64,000 nt of DNA from a virus (IMGVR_UViG_3300042868_005641:13875-77874), one strand, 5' to 3'; shown: positions 20,148-31,032, numbered from the stretch's first letter. Numbers and translations: made by a program. The notes: generated by a model from the sequence alone, not told the origin.

Positions 20148-20864
20148 TTGTACAATCCAAAATTTGATTACCAAGAAATACCCAGAGTCACAATAGACGG
20201 CAAACGCTTTTATGCCACACCTGATGGAAACAAGTTACCGTCAGTGACTACTATTCTTGACAAAACCAAAAGTGAAGAAAGCAAGGCTGCACTTCACAAT
20301 TGGAGGCGTGCAGTTGGAGCCGAGAAAGCACAGCAGATCACCACAGAAGCTGCCAATCGTGGCACACGTATGCACACATATCTTGAAGACTATGTGAAAA
20401 AAGGCTCAATCAAAGAACGTGGTACTAATCCATTTTCGTGGAGCAGTCACGAAATGGCCAAGACCGTAATACGTGATGGGTTGAAACATGTGAATGAATT
20501 TTGGGGTATTGAAGTTCCGCTATACTTTCCCAAAATATATGCAGGTACTACAGACGGTGCAGGATTACATCTAAATGAAGAATCTATCCTGGATTACAAA
20601 CAATCTAACAAGCCAAAAAAGCGTGAATGGATTGATGATTACTTTGTTCAATTGTGTGCGTATGCCGAAGCTCACAACGAATTGCATGGTACCAAGATAC
20701 GCAAGGGAGTGATCCTAATGTGTGTTAAGCCCGAACTTGATGCCAATCACAATATCATTAGCAAGCCGCAATACCAGGAATTTGTGTTAGAAGGCGCTGA
20801 GTACGATCGTTATCGTGACTTGTGGTGGCGCAAAGTAGAAGAATACTACACCAAACACATTTAG
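20148..20864 (+). CDS. PD-(D/E)XK exonuclease
   Basis: LPSVTTIL, RGTRMH, E..L..YAGTTD, LDYK and YFVQL.AYA; TTG start inferred. Confidence 0.8.
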   Translation: MYNPKFDYQEIPRVTIDGKRFYATPDGNKLPSVTTILDKTKSEESKAALHNWRRAVGAEKAQQITTEAANRGTRMHTYLEDYVKKGSIKERGTNPFSWSSHEMAKTVIRDGLKHVNEFWGIEVPLYFPKIYAGTTDGAGLHLNEESILDYKQSNKPKKREWIDDYFVQLCAYAEAHNELHGTKIRKGVILMCVKPELDANHNIISKPQYQEFVLEGAEYDRYRDLWWRKVEEYYTKHI

Positions 20865-20910
20865 TTGCCTGACTGATTCTGGCTAAATACAGCACAGAAT
20901 CAGGACTCAC

Positions 20911-22497
20911 ATGGCAATAGTTCAAGTATCACGAATAACAAACCGTAAAGGTCTAGCAGAAAATCTGCCGCAATTAGCTGGCGCAGAATTAGGCTGGGCA
21001 ATCGACGAACGTCGACTATACATCGGCAATGGAACCTTGCAAGATGGCGCACCTGTAATAGGCAATACAGAAATACTCACTGAATACAGTGATATATTGC
21101 TAGTAGGCGGCGCATACACTTACAAGGGCACCGCAGCTGGATATACAGTACAAACAGGATCGTCGTCGGGCAGTCCGATTAGCATTCCACTGCAAAGCTG
21201 GTTAGATCAATTTGCCAGTGTGCTGAGCTTTGGTGCCGTGGGCGATGGTGTTACTGATGACACCGATGCTATCAATCGTGCATTGTATGAATTATATTGC
21301 AGAGAACCAAATCCACAAATACGTAGATCATTGTTCTTTCCAGCTGGACGTTACTTGATTACTAGTTCACTTGAAATTCCGCCATATGCATTGTTATATG
21401 GTGAGGGAATTAACTCCAGCGTGATTGTGTTGGATGCAACTAGTGCCAGTCAATATGTGGCTGTGTACAGTGACAGCTTGCAGCAAACTGGAGTAAACAT
21501 TGGTAACAATGGTGCCACACCTCCAGTTGATATCACAATCTCTAACATGGGGTTTCAGGCACTGGGGTTGGCAGACGTATTTTTGGTCGAAGATGCAAGC
21601 CAGTGTACATTCACAGATGTAAGTTTTTTAGGATCTCTTGTTGAAGCCGATCTAACAGATGCAATTGACAATGTAGCATGTATACATTTTAAGTCTACTG
21701 CAAGTTTGATCTGTAACAATATCACCTTTCGTCGATGCACATTTGGTGGTACTACCTGGGCATTTGAAACCCCCAATCAAGTACAAGGGGTATTGGTTAC
21801 AGAAAGCACATTTGATACACATTATCAAGGTGTATTGCTAGGTGATCCAACACCAGTGAACGGTGGTCCTACTGGATTCCGTTTCTTGGGTAATGTGTTT
21901 GATAACATCTATGCCGAAGGCATCTTAATTGCTGCCAACACTGTAATGAATATTAGTGGTTACAATATGTTTTATGATGTGGGAAATCATTTTGATGGAA
22001 CTACATCGCCGGCCACAGCAGTAATTAATTTTGTAGGGCAAAACAATGTCAGCGTTGGTGACATGTTCCAACGTACCACAATTTACGCTGGCACCTATCC
22101 TCGTATCAACATTAACAACGGTATCAACATAGCATTTGATGCTGCCAGTCAAACACAACAAGGTACGTATGTACGGCAAACCGGTGCTACAGGAACATTA
22201 CTTGACAACACAGCCGATCAAACTATCTTGACATTTAATGCCACAGCAATTAGAGCAGTGCAGATCAACTATACCATAGTACGAGATGTTAATACCAGAA
22301 CTGGAGTTTATACCATTGTAGCCGGCACCGACAGTGCAGGTACAAATATACAAGGATCAGACTCTGGTGTGCAAAATGTAGCACCCGGTGTTACTTTCAG
22401 TGTCAGCGAAACTGCTGGTATTGTGAGTTGGAAAGCTACTACCACTAACACTGGTGTTGCGGCTACTATTAACTATTCAGTAACCAAACTTGCTTGA
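20911..22497 (+). CDS. Tail fibre/spike-like protein with beta-helix (pectate-lyase-3-like) domain
   Basis: LPQLAGAELGW..D..RLYIGNG N-terminal domain; FGAVGDGVTDDT.AI..A and FFPAG.Y; TAAATA upstream. Confidence 0.7.
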   Translation: MAIVQVSRITNRKGLAENLPQLAGAELGWAIDERRLYIGNGTLQDGAPVIGNTEILTEYSDILLVGGAYTYKGTAAGYTVQTGSSSGSPISIPLQSWLDQFASVLSFGAVGDGVTDDTDAINRALYELYCREPNPQIRRSLFFPAGRYLITSSLEIPPYALLYGEGINSSVIVLDATSASQYVAVYSDSLQQTGVNIGNNGATPPVDITISNMGFQALGLADVFLVEDASQCTFTDVSFLGSLVEADLTDAIDNVACIHFKSTASLICNNITFRRCTFGGTTWAFETPNQVQGVLVTESTFDTHYQGVLLGDPTPVNGGPTGFRFLGNVFDNIYAEGILIAANTVMNISGYNMFYDVGNHFDGTTSPATAVINFVGQNNVSVGDMFQRTTIYAGTYPRININNGINIAFDAASQTQQGTYVRQTGATGTLLDNTADQTILTFNATAIRAVQINYTIVRDVNTRTGVYTIVAGTDSAGTNIQGSDSGVQNVAPGVTFSVSETAGIVSWKATTTNTGVAATINYSVTKLA

Positions 22498-22916
22498 TGT
22501 GGTGTTCAACCTTTGAACAACGCTTGGCAGCGTGGAATTCGTTAAGAGACCGCGCCCGCATGTTGCCCAAGCCAGATGCCCTAGGCGCGATCAATTCCTG
22601 GTGGCAGCAAACTCCCTGGCGTGCATATCATCTACACTGGGACGATCAACCTGATTGGCCCGATCCCTGGCAACTTTTGAGCGACAACATCTATTGTGAT
22701 CTTGCTCGCGGGCTTGGAATCCTGTATACTATTACTGTGTTGGATCGTGATGATCTCCAGGACGCTGTGCTGGTTGATTCTGATCAGGGCAATTTAGTCC
22801 TGGTAGAGGATGGAAAATATATATTGAATTGGGACCAGTCTCTAGGGTTAAATATCAACCTACAGCAGAACAAACATCACATTGCGCAGAGCGATGTAAA
22901 ACAACAACTATATTGA
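22497..22916 (+). CDS. Conserved hypothetical phage protein
   Basis: TGATG-coupled ORF with WPDPWQL. Confidence 0.6.
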   Translation: MWCSTFEQRLAAWNSLRDRARMLPKPDALGAINSWWQQTPWRAYHLHWDDQPDWPDPWQLLSDNIYCDLARGLGILYTITVLDRDDLQDAVLVDSDQGNLVLVEDGKYILNWDQSLGLNINLQQNKHHIAQSDVKQQLY

Positions 22917-22920
22917 GTAT

Positions 22921-25242
22921 ATGACACAAATCACAGTTATTAAACGTAACGGAAGAAAAGAACAATTGAGCCTGGAAAAGTGGCAAACCCAAATTGCCAA
23001 AGTTTGTTCGGGCATTGCAGACGTAAGTCAAAGCATGGTAGAGATCAAAGCACAGATGCACTTTTATGATGGCATCACTACTAAAGAGATCGATGGTATC
23101 ACACTACGAGCCATTGTAGACTTGATTGACATAGAACACAATCCAGATGTTGGACATACCAACTATCAATACGTGGCAGGCAAGCAACGTCTTAGCATGC
23201 TGCGAAAAGATGTTTATGGATCCTATGAGCCTCCCCACCTGTATGAGATTGTGAAGAAAAACGTGGCCACTGGCTTGTACACTCCAGAACTGCTGGAATG
23301 GTATGACGAAGCTGACTGGAACCGTATGCAAGATATGATAGATCATTCTAAGGACGAACAATACGGCTATGCTGCAATTGAACAATTGATTGAAAAATAT
23401 CTAGTAAAGAATCGTGCCACAAAGGAAACTTATGAAACTCCCCAAGTTCGTTACATGGTTGCAGCAGCTACAGTTTTTCACTCGGAAGACCCCAACACAG
23501 CCAGAATGCGATACATCAAAGAATACTATAACGCGGCTAGCGATGGCTTGTTTACTCTTGCAACTCCTGTTTTGGCCGGCCTTGGTACTCCAACAAAGCA
23601 ATTTAGTTCTTGTGTGCTTATTCGCTCAGATGATGATCTTGATTCTATATTTGCGTCTGGGGAAATGATGGCAAAGTATGCCAGCAAACGTGCTGGCATC
23701 GGTCTTGAGATAGGTCGACTGCGACCGTTGGGTAGCCCCATTCGTGGTGGCGAAATCATGCACACTGGCATGATACCATTTTTAAAGAAATGGTTCGGCG
23801 ACTTGCGTAGTTGCTCACAAGGAGGAATTCGTAATGCTTCTGCTACTGTGTTTTATCCCATTTGGCATCATCAGTTTGATGATCTTATTGTTCTTAAGAA
23901 TAACCAAGGAACAGAAGAAACTCGGGTTCGACATATGGACTATGGAGTGGTACTTTCTGCCTTCTTCTGGAGAAGATTTAAAAACAAAGAAGACATAACA
24001 TTCTTTGATCCAAACGAAGTTCCAGATCTATACGAAGCATTTTACAAAAACACCCAACGGTTTGAAGAACTGTATGTGAAGTATGAAAAGCGTAAGGATC
24101 TTCGCAAGAAGACCATGAGCGCGGAAGAAGTATTCAAATCAGGCATACTAAAAGAACGCACAGATACAGGTCGTATCTATCTAGTGTTCATCGACAATGT
24201 GATGAACCAAGGACCATTTGATCCTGAGTATCACACCATCTACCAGAGTAACTTATGTTGTGAAATCCTTTTACCTACTAAGAGTTTTAAACGACTTGAT
24301 GATGCTGATGGTCGAATTGCTCTTTGTACGCTGGGATCAATTAACTGGGGTGCGTTCCGCAATCCAGAAGACATGCGTCGTGCTTGCCGTATTCTACATC
24401 GCAGTCTTAATAACATTTTGGATTACCAAGACTTCCTGAGTATTCAATCTAAACTAAGCAACGATGAAATCCGTCCATTGGGTATTGGTATCACTAACCT
24501 AGCATACTGGCATGCCAAACGCAACTTGAAGTATGGTGAAAAGGATGCTCTACACGAAGTCAAAGCATGGAGTGAACACCAAGCATTTTATCTAACTGAA
24601 GCCAGTGTTGAACTTGCCAAAGAACGCGGCAAGTGCCTAGGCAGTGATCACACACGTTATGGACAAGGTGTATTTCCGTGGGAACTCCGTGCCAATGGCG
24701 TTAATGAGCTTGCAGACTTTACGCCTGAACTTGATTGGGGAACTTTACGAGCTCAAATGAAAGAACACGGTGTTCGTAATGCTACACAAATGGCAGTTGC
24801 TCCTGTTGAATCAAGCAGTGTTGTTATTAACAGCACCAATGGTATTGAAATGCCCATGAGTTTGATCAGTGTAAAAGAATCCAAAGCAGGATCATTTGTA
24901 CAAGTTGTTCCTGAATATCACAAACTAAAGAACAAGTATCAATTGATGTGGGAACAAAAAGATTGTGATGGTTATCTAAAAACAGCCGCAGTGATTGCAG
25001 CGTATGTTGATCAATCAATCAGTACCAATACATTCTACAATCCTGCACATTTCCCAGATCGTAAAGTTCCTACCACGTTGATTGCTAAAAATCTAATGCA
25101 ATCACATGCGTGGGGCCTCAAGACCTTTTATTATAGCCTCGTGAATAAACAGGGTTCAAAAGCAGATGCAGAAGAAGCACCTGCCATGTTAGAAGCTATT
25201 GATTTTGACAACGAAGAAGATTGCGAAAGCTGCAAACTTTAA
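22921..25242 (+). CDS. nrdA: Class Ia ribonucleotide reductase alpha subunit
   Basis: ATP cone, FSSCVL, SQGGIR, SNLCCEI, APVESSS, KTFYY and C-terminal CESCKL. Confidence 0.97.
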   Translation: MTQITVIKRNGRKEQLSLEKWQTQIAKVCSGIADVSQSMVEIKAQMHFYDGITTKEIDGITLRAIVDLIDIEHNPDVGHTNYQYVAGKQRLSMLRKDVYGSYEPPHLYEIVKKNVATGLYTPELLEWYDEADWNRMQDMIDHSKDEQYGYAAIEQLIEKYLVKNRATKETYETPQVRYMVAAATVFHSEDPNTARMRYIKEYYNAASDGLFTLATPVLAGLGTPTKQFSSCVLIRSDDDLDSIFASGEMMAKYASKRAGIGLEIGRLRPLGSPIRGGEIMHTGMIPFLKKWFGDLRSCSQGGIRNASATVFYPIWHHQFDDLIVLKNNQGTEETRVRHMDYGVVLSAFFWRRFKNKEDITFFDPNEVPDLYEAFYKNTQRFEELYVKYEKRKDLRKKTMSAEEVFKSGILKERTDTGRIYLVFIDNVMNQGPFDPEYHTIYQSNLCCEILLPTKSFKRLDDADGRIALCTLGSINWGAFRNPEDMRRACRILHRSLNNILDYQDFLSIQSKLSNDEIRPLGIGITNLAYWHAKRNLKYGEKDALHEVKAWSEHQAFYLTEASVELAKERGKCLGSDHTRYGQGVFPWELRANGVNELADFTPELDWGTLRAQMKEHGVRNATQMAVAPVESSSVVINSTNGIEMPMSLISVKESKAGSFVQVVPEYHKLKNKYQLMWEQKDCDGYLKTAAVIAAYVDQSISTNTFYNPAHFPDRKVPTTLIAKNLMQSHAWGLKTFYYSLVNKQGSKADAEEAPAMLEAIDFDNEEDCESCKL

Positions 25243-25261
25243 TAACAACAGAAATATAAAA

Positions 25262-26362
25262 ATGTCCACAGCACAATACAACCTATCAACCAAAACAGAC
25301 TATTTGAGTCGCAAGATGTTCCTGGATCCTGCAGGTCCAGTTACTATCCAACGCTTTGAAGAAGTCAAATATAAAAAGATTGCAGACTTTGAAGCAACAG
25401 CACGTGGCTTCTTCTGGCAACCTGAAGAGATTAGTCTAAGCAAGGATGCCAATGACTTTAAAGAAGCCAGCGATGCAGTCAAACACATCTTTACCAGCAA
25501 CCTGCTACGGCAAACGGCATTAGACAGTTTGCAAGGACGTGGTCCCACACAAGTATTCACTCCTGTTTGCAGCCTGCCAGAAGTAGAAGCATTGATGTAC
25601 AACTGGGGCTTCTTTGAAACCAACATCCACTCAAAGAGTTACAGTCACATTATTCGTAACATCTACAACGTGCCCAAGGATGTGTTCAATACCATTCATG
25701 ACACAACAGAAATCGTAGACATGGCATCAAGTGTGGGAAAATATTATGATGACCTACATAGAATTAACTGTGCAAAAGAATTGGGTCAACCAGTAGAAGA
25801 AATTGAACATGTTCGTGCAATCTGGATGGCATTGCATGCCAGCTACGCACTAGAAGCATTCCGCTTTATGGTATCCTTTGCCACAAGTCTTGCCATGGTA
25901 GAGAACAAAATCTTCATTGGCAACGGCAATATCATCGGATTGATTCTGCAAGACGAATTGCTGCATAAAGGGTGGACAGCATATCTTATTAACCAAGTGA
26001 TCAAAGAAGATAGTCGCTTTGCTGCTGCCAAAGAAGCTTGCGAAGCAGAAGTGTATCAGTTGTATATGGATGTTATCCGCGAAGAGAAAGACTGGGCTGA
26101 ATATTTGTTTAAAATGGGTCCAGTGATTGGACTCAACGCCAACATTCTCAAAGACTTTGTGGATTACACAGCAGTGGGTGCGCTCAAAGACATTGGTATC
26201 AAGTATCAAGCTGCTGCACCACGCAGCACACCAATTCCATGGTTCAACAAGCATTCGGACACATCGAAGAAACAAACTGCACTGCAGGAGAACGAATCGA
26301 CTAACTATGTTATTGGCATCATGAGCGAAAGTTTAGACTACGACCAATTACCAGATTTATAA
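25262..26362 (+). CDS. nrdB: Ribonucleotide reductase beta subunit
   Basis: FFWQPEE, LDSLQGR, ETNIHSKSY, LEAFRF, DELLH and QENESTNY. Confidence 0.97.
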   Translation: MSTAQYNLSTKTDYLSRKMFLDPAGPVTIQRFEEVKYKKIADFEATARGFFWQPEEISLSKDANDFKEASDAVKHIFTSNLLRQTALDSLQGRGPTQVFTPVCSLPEVEALMYNWGFFETNIHSKSYSHIIRNIYNVPKDVFNTIHDTTEIVDMASSVGKYYDDLHRINCAKELGQPVEEIEHVRAIWMALHASYALEAFRFMVSFATSLAMVENKIFIGNGNIIGLILQDELLHKGWTAYLINQVIKEDSRFAAAKEACEAEVYQLYMDVIREEKDWAEYLFKMGPVIGLNANILKDFVDYTAVGALKDIGIKYQAAAPRSTPIPWFNKHSDTSKKQTALQENESTNYVIGIMSESLDYDQLPDL

Positions 26363-26370
26363 GGAAAACA

Positions 26371-26616
26371 ATGAGAGCTATAGTATGGAGCAAAGACAAT
26401 TGCGCATTCTGTGATCAAGCCAAGGCTTTGTTAACACAGCGTAATATTGCATTTGAAGAAAAAAAGATTGGGCATGGCTTTACTAGAGAGGATCTGTTAG
26501 AAGCAGTCCCTTCGGCAAGAACAGTCCCGCAAATTTTCGTGAACAATAACCACATCGGCGGGTTCACAGAACTAAGAAAATACATCGAAGAAACCGCTGG
26601 CGGATACGGAGATTAA
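26371..26616 (+). CDS. Glutaredoxin
   Basis: CAFC active site, RTVPQIF and IGGF. Confidence 0.92.
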   Translation: MRAIVWSKDNCAFCDQAKALLTQRNIAFEEKKIGHGFTREDLLEAVPSARTVPQIFVNNNHIGGFTELRKYIEETAGGYGD

Positions 26617-26617
26617 A

Positions 26618-27232
26618 ATGTCAGAATTTACATCAGATTGGTTCACTTATGCCATTGATAATTTTAAATTGGTCAAGACTGCATTCATGGGGGATCGGAA
26701 TCTTCAGCCAGGTTATATTAACAATATATTAGAAATTGGCAGTCACGAAGGCCGTAGCTCGTGTTGGATGTTAGAAAACATGCTTTCGGATTCAGGAACA
26801 CTCATATGTATTGATCCGTTTGCTAATGATCATATCAATCCTTTTAGAGATGAAAGTTACGAAATGGATGAGGAAGTATTTGCTCGATTCCAAGCCAACG
26901 TAACTAAATCAAAAAAACCGCAACAAACAGTAAATGTCATGAAAGGGGCCAGCTACTATGCATTGGCCGATCTCATAGCCCATCGAAAAACATTTGATTT
27001 TATATATGTAGATGGCAATCATCAAGCAGATGCTACATTAGCCGATGCTTGTATGTGTTTTGGATTACTCAATCCTGGCGGCTTCATGTTGTTTGATGAC
27101 TACCTGTGGGATCATTTACCAAATGTGTTAGACAGAGGAAAAATGTCAATTGATGCATTTGTAAACATGTTCCTGCCCAACATCAATATATCCAGCATAG
27201 GTTATCAATTTTTAATACAAAAGAAAGCGTAA
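26618..27232 (+). CDS. Class I SAM-dependent methyltransferase (Methyltransf_24-like)
   Basis: LEIGSHEGRS, FDFIYVDGNH and L.PGG.M.FDDY. Confidence 0.8.
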   Translation: MSEFTSDWFTYAIDNFKLVKTAFMGDRNLQPGYINNILEIGSHEGRSSCWMLENMLSDSGTLICIDPFANDHINPFRDESYEMDEEVFARFQANVTKSKKPQQTVNVMKGASYYALADLIAHRKTFDFIYVDGNHQADATLADACMCFGLLNPGGFMLFDDYLWDHLPNVLDRGKMSIDAFVNMFLPNINISSIGYQFLIQKKA

Positions 27233-27235
27233 ATC

Positions 27236-27526
27236 ATGTTAATAGACAAAGGCGTTAGCGCAGGCGAAGTGGTCACACTCAAACTCACATCAGGTGAGGA
27301 ATTGGTAGCAAGACTCAATGAGGAAACAGCTACACATTATAAACTATCAAAACCTATGGTGATTGCCATGGGTGCCAAAGGTCCAGGACTCATGCCATAC
27401 TTGTTTACAGTAGCACCGGACAAGGACATCAATCTAAGCAAAACCACAGTGACTGTGGCAGTGGCCAGCGATAAATCATTTGCTGACCAATACATGCAAA
27501 GCACTACCAATATCCAGTTAGTCTGA
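27236..27526 (+). CDS. Hypothetical small beta-rich (Sm-like) protein
   Basis: 'TLKLTSGEELVAR' motif common in myophage proteins. Confidence 0.5.
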   Translation: MLIDKGVSAGEVVTLKLTSGEELVARLNEETATHYKLSKPMVIAMGAKGPGLMPYLFTVAPDKDINLSKTTVTVAVASDKSFADQYMQSTTNIQLV

Positions 27527-27554
27527 TACGAATTTTTGCTCCCATAAATAAAAC

Positions 27555-27770
27555 ATGGGACATAGATTTGTAATCATGCGTCGTGATGTTATTGAAGTAT
27601 ACGATTGCTATGACGATATCCCAGATGACCTAGACCATGTGATAGAATTTCTTCCGGAGATCCCTCCAGAGCCGCATACTCGACAGCAGCACGAGGAAAT
27701 TGATTCATGGCTAGGTCTCTTTAATAGACTTATGGAGAAGGCGTATGCGACCAGTAGCAAGATTGGGTGA
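27555..27770 (+). CDS. Hypothetical late protein
   Basis: TAAATA 4 nt before the ATG; precedes the PAAR gene. Confidence 0.55.
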   Translation: MGHRFVIMRRDVIEVYDCYDDIPDDLDHVIEFLPEIPPEPHTRQQHEEIDSWLGLFNRLMEKAYATSSKIG

Positions 27771-28032
27771 TAAAGGAGTTCCACATTGTAGTGGATTTAG
27801 TATTGCGCAAGGCAGTCCCACAGTATTTGTAAACGGAAAGCCTGCATCTAGACTTGGGGATCTTAGCACTCCTCATTTGCGGCCAGGTACTCCGTGCAAG
27901 CCACACGTGGCTTCGATTTCAAGTGGAAGTCCTACAGTATTTGTAAACGGCAAACCACTGGCAAGAGTTGGCGATGGACTTGCTGGCTGCACAGCAGTGG
28001 CTACTGGTAGTTCAGATGTATTTTCAGGATAA
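27745..28032 (+). CDS. PAAR-repeat spike tip protein (gp5.4-like)
   Basis: PVARLGD, GSPTVFVNGKPASRLGD and GSPTVFVNGKPLARVGD. Confidence 0.9.
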   Translation: MRPVARLGDKGVPHCSGFSIAQGSPTVFVNGKPASRLGDLSTPHLRPGTPCKPHVASISSGSPTVFVNGKPLARVGDGLAGCTAVATGSSDVFSG

Positions 28033-28035
28033 GCA

Positions 28036-29958
28036 ATGGCCATTGGTATTTTAACTCCCTTACAAATGATTGCTGGTGCCACACTGAGCAATAACGGTGG
28101 CATTAAACTTGCCAACACCTGGACCAACAGTGTAAATTCATACACAGGTACAACATTACTCACACCTTTCTTTGCCGCAGTAGCTAATTCAGCTGCTGCT
28201 AATATCAGTGTTAACACACTGGCCAACATGTTTACATTTTGTTCGGCCACAGTTCCTGCCCTGGCTGACAATACTCCTGCAGCCTATTTTAATTTGGGGA
28301 TCAACATCTCTTCAGGATTCACTGGAGTGATTACTGCACAAGGCACAAAAGATCTTGGCAGCGGCAATGTCACGGTGTTTGCACAAGTATTTTCGGCAGC
28401 ACAAGGATATGTGTCTGCCACAAATAATTATATCAATACCAGTATCAACAGCCAGACTTATCTAGGATCAACTTTTACCACAATGAACAGTTTGATCACT
28501 GGAAATCTAAGTGATGTGAACCTGGCCATGAGAGCATTTGGTACTGATCTAGCAGCATTGGGACAATTGATTGATCTTGATAATCTTGGAAATTTTGGAT
28601 CACCTGCTGCATTGTTACAACGGTTATCTTCATTGACCAATGTCACACCAGGTGTAAGCAATGCATTAATACAAGCAGGACTCAATCAGGCCAATATTGA
28701 TGACATAGTGAATCCAAATGTCAATGTCAATGATAATTTGCAACGACTGGCATATCAGGGCATGTTGAATGTCACAGGTACAGAATTGGAGCAGGTTTTG
28801 GTTGTGTTCGGGGTGTTAACTCCAAATATTAATACCATGGCTGACTTGTTGAATCCTGTTAAAATTTTCCCCAACAGTTATCCAAGCCTTACAGTATCAA
28901 CTTACAATCAAGATACATCAACTGTGCTTCGGGCCATTTATGATAACAATCAAGGTGCAGTAAATTCAAAACTATTGATTTACTTGCCACGCTATGTGTT
29001 GATACTTGGTGGTAGCAATATGATCACATATCAACGATTGAGTTTGATCATACCCCCAGACCAAGCATTAGCTTGCAAAGCAATTCAAGTCAGTTTGCAG
29101 CAGATTAAAAATATCAACAACATGAGCCTAGCACAGTTGGCAACTGCATTTATTAACATGCAGACCACTCGAGATCTTGATCTCATAAGTTCATTGACCA
29201 CAGCAGTTCCGCCATCGGTAGCAGCATTTTATGCCAACACGTATGCAACTGGCACTGGCCCTGATGGAACTTTGGTCATAACTGATCTGTTGGGTGCAGC
29301 AGTTGGTGTACCGTTTACTAGTGATCTTACCAATGTTACTACTACTATCAACAGTATGACTTCGGCTGGTATCTTGATCACGTTAACTGGTACCTATGTG
29401 CAAATGCAAAACACAGTAAATGGTGTATATGATATGGGCAACACGGTAGTAATTCCGTCTGGGCCGGCAGCAGGCACGTATGGAAATGCTGATGCTGCGT
29501 TAAATGCATTGATCATTGTGGCGGCCAGCGAGGTTGCCGGAATTGAAAGTGCATACCCTGCACAAGCGTCGGTATTAAACAGCAATTTTATTTCTATGGC
29601 TGCTAATCTCAACACAGAGATTAACAATCTTTCGTTGGCCAGTATAGACATAGCCAATTTGGATCCCAATGGCCGTGGACCGATTATGAGTTTTGTGCAG
29701 AATTTACCCGATTATGGAATTAATACAGAACAGAATGGTCCAGCGCAGTTTCTTGAATCCGTTGCTAATCTCAACACACAAGGTGGACAGGCCATTGTGG
29801 CCTGCTTGAGAGAAGGTAAAAATGTATCTGTGTTAGATGGTGCTGGTGCCGGGCAAGACACAGTGATTCCTAGTACACCTAGCGCAGTTCCTCCTCGTGC
29901 AATCTTGATTCCGAGCACATATTCTGAGGCAGAAGCAGCCAATTTAGTTGTAAAATAG
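28036..29958 (+). CDS. Putative virion structural protein
   Basis: 640 aa, rich in A/N/T/S/L, directly after PAAR. Confidence 0.5.
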   Translation: MAIGILTPLQMIAGATLSNNGGIKLANTWTNSVNSYTGTTLLTPFFAAVANSAAANISVNTLANMFTFCSATVPALADNTPAAYFNLGINISSGFTGVITAQGTKDLGSGNVTVFAQVFSAAQGYVSATNNYINTSINSQTYLGSTFTTMNSLITGNLSDVNLAMRAFGTDLAALGQLIDLDNLGNFGSPAALLQRLSSLTNVTPGVSNALIQAGLNQANIDDIVNPNVNVNDNLQRLAYQGMLNVTGTELEQVLVVFGVLTPNINTMADLLNPVKIFPNSYPSLTVSTYNQDTSTVLRAIYDNNQGAVNSKLLIYLPRYVLILGGSNMITYQRLSLIIPPDQALACKAIQVSLQQIKNINNMSLAQLATAFINMQTTRDLDLISSLTTAVPPSVAAFYANTYATGTGPDGTLVITDLLGAAVGVPFTSDLTNVTTTINSMTSAGILITLTGTYVQMQNTVNGVYDMGNTVVIPSGPAAGTYGNADAALNALIIVAASEVAGIESAYPAQASVLNSNFISMAANLNTEINNLSLASIDIANLDPNGRGPIMSFVQNLPDYGINTEQNGPAQFLESVANLNTQGGQAIVACLREGKNVSVLDGAGAGQDTVIPSTPSAVPPRAILIPSTYSEAEAANLVVK

Positions 29959-30034
29959 CAATTGTGATGCTATAGTAGCTAAGTAAGAGTGTGCCATTTG
30001 GTACATAACAACAACTTTTTAAAAGGAAAACTTC

Positions 30035-30934
30035 ATGAAGAAATATGCTTTACTACTGGCCCTGGCATTGGCCGCAGGTTTTGCTCAAGCACAAACCACC
30101 CCTCAAGTCAGCGTCTATGGCAAAGTGCGTGAGTATCAAGAATCTTATACTTTGGGTACAGCTAGCGCATTGACACGTTTGACCAATGATTCCAGTCGCC
30201 TGGGATTCAAAGCCTCAGCCGATGTTGGCAACGGTATCACTGCTAGTGCTGTGATCGAAACTGGTGTTGCATTGGACGCACCCAGCGCCACCACACTTGG
30301 TGATCGCGTTTCTGTGTTCAGTTTGAGCAACAGCTTGGGTTCCGTTGGTGTAGGCCGCGACAAGCACTCAGTGACTCGTGTGTTGGATAACTATGATGCA
30401 TTGGAAAATGCGTATGGTACATTCGCAACCACAATCCACAGCGCACAAGGTAGCCGTTTGCAAAACGCAGTATTTGTCAGCACAGCAACTGTGGCCGGAT
30501 TCAAAGGTAACTACGTGATGGCCAATAGCGAAACCGCTGGTGTGACCAATGTACAAACTGCCAGCATTGATTATGCAGCAGGCCCATTTGCTGCCACCTT
30601 GGCACGTTACGACAGCAGCACAAACAGCCAAAGCACTATCGTTGGTGCCAAGTACACCTTGGCTGCTACAGGTACCACAGTGTTTGGAATGTATAGCGAT
30701 GACACAGTGTCAGGTGTGAGTACCACAGGTAAGAGCGTGGGTGTTCGTCAAGCAGTTGGTCCACGTGTTACAGCGTTGGCCAGCTACGGCGAAACCAATG
30801 CTGGCGTAACTGCCAAGGCTGTTGGTGTGGCGTATTCAATGAGCAAGGCACTGACTGTGCATGGTCGTTGGAGTTCTACTGACGCTGCAACAGATGTCAC
30901 ACAATATGGCGTTGGTGTGGAATACAACTTCTAA
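30035..30934 (+). CDS. Outer-membrane general porin (betaproteobacterial type)
   Basis: Signal peptide ending AQA, VSVYG, SSRLGFK..D.G.G..A..E, GSV.VGR, and C-terminal GVEYNF BAM signal. Confidence 0.85.
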   Translation: MKKYALLLALALAAGFAQAQTTPQVSVYGKVREYQESYTLGTASALTRLTNDSSRLGFKASADVGNGITASAVIETGVALDAPSATTLGDRVSVFSLSNSLGSVGVGRDKHSVTRVLDNYDALENAYGTFATTIHSAQGSRLQNAVFVSTATVAGFKGNYVMANSETAGVTNVQTASIDYAAGPFAATLARYDSSTNSQSTIVGAKYTLAATGTTVFGMYSDDTVSGVSTTGKSVGVRQAVGPRVTALASYGETNAGVTAKAVGVAYSMSKALTVHGRWSSTDAATDVTQYGVGVEYNF

Positions 30935-30977
30935 ATTGCCAACTGTAGTTTGCGACATTTTGTCGCAAAATAACCAC

Positions 30978-31005
30978 AAAAACCCTGCCCTGTGCAGGGT
31001 TTTTT
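30978..31005 (+). terminator. Rho-independent terminator
   Basis: AAAAACCCTGC/GCAGGGTTTTT stem followed by a T-run. Confidence 0.85.
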
Positions 31006-31032
31006 GTTGTAAAAATACCATAATTATTTTGG

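Noticed and set aside
20148-20864. Cas4 / CRISPR adaptation gene
   Set aside because: It lacks the four-Cys Fe-S cluster and any CRISPR context; it is an ordinary phage PD-(D/E)XK exonuclease.
22921-26362. Introns or inteins in nrdA/nrdB
   Set aside because: Both ORFs are continuous and of normal length.
27745-28032. Type VI secretion system
   Set aside because: A lone PAAR gene among phage late genes fits a tail spike tip; no tss genes are present.
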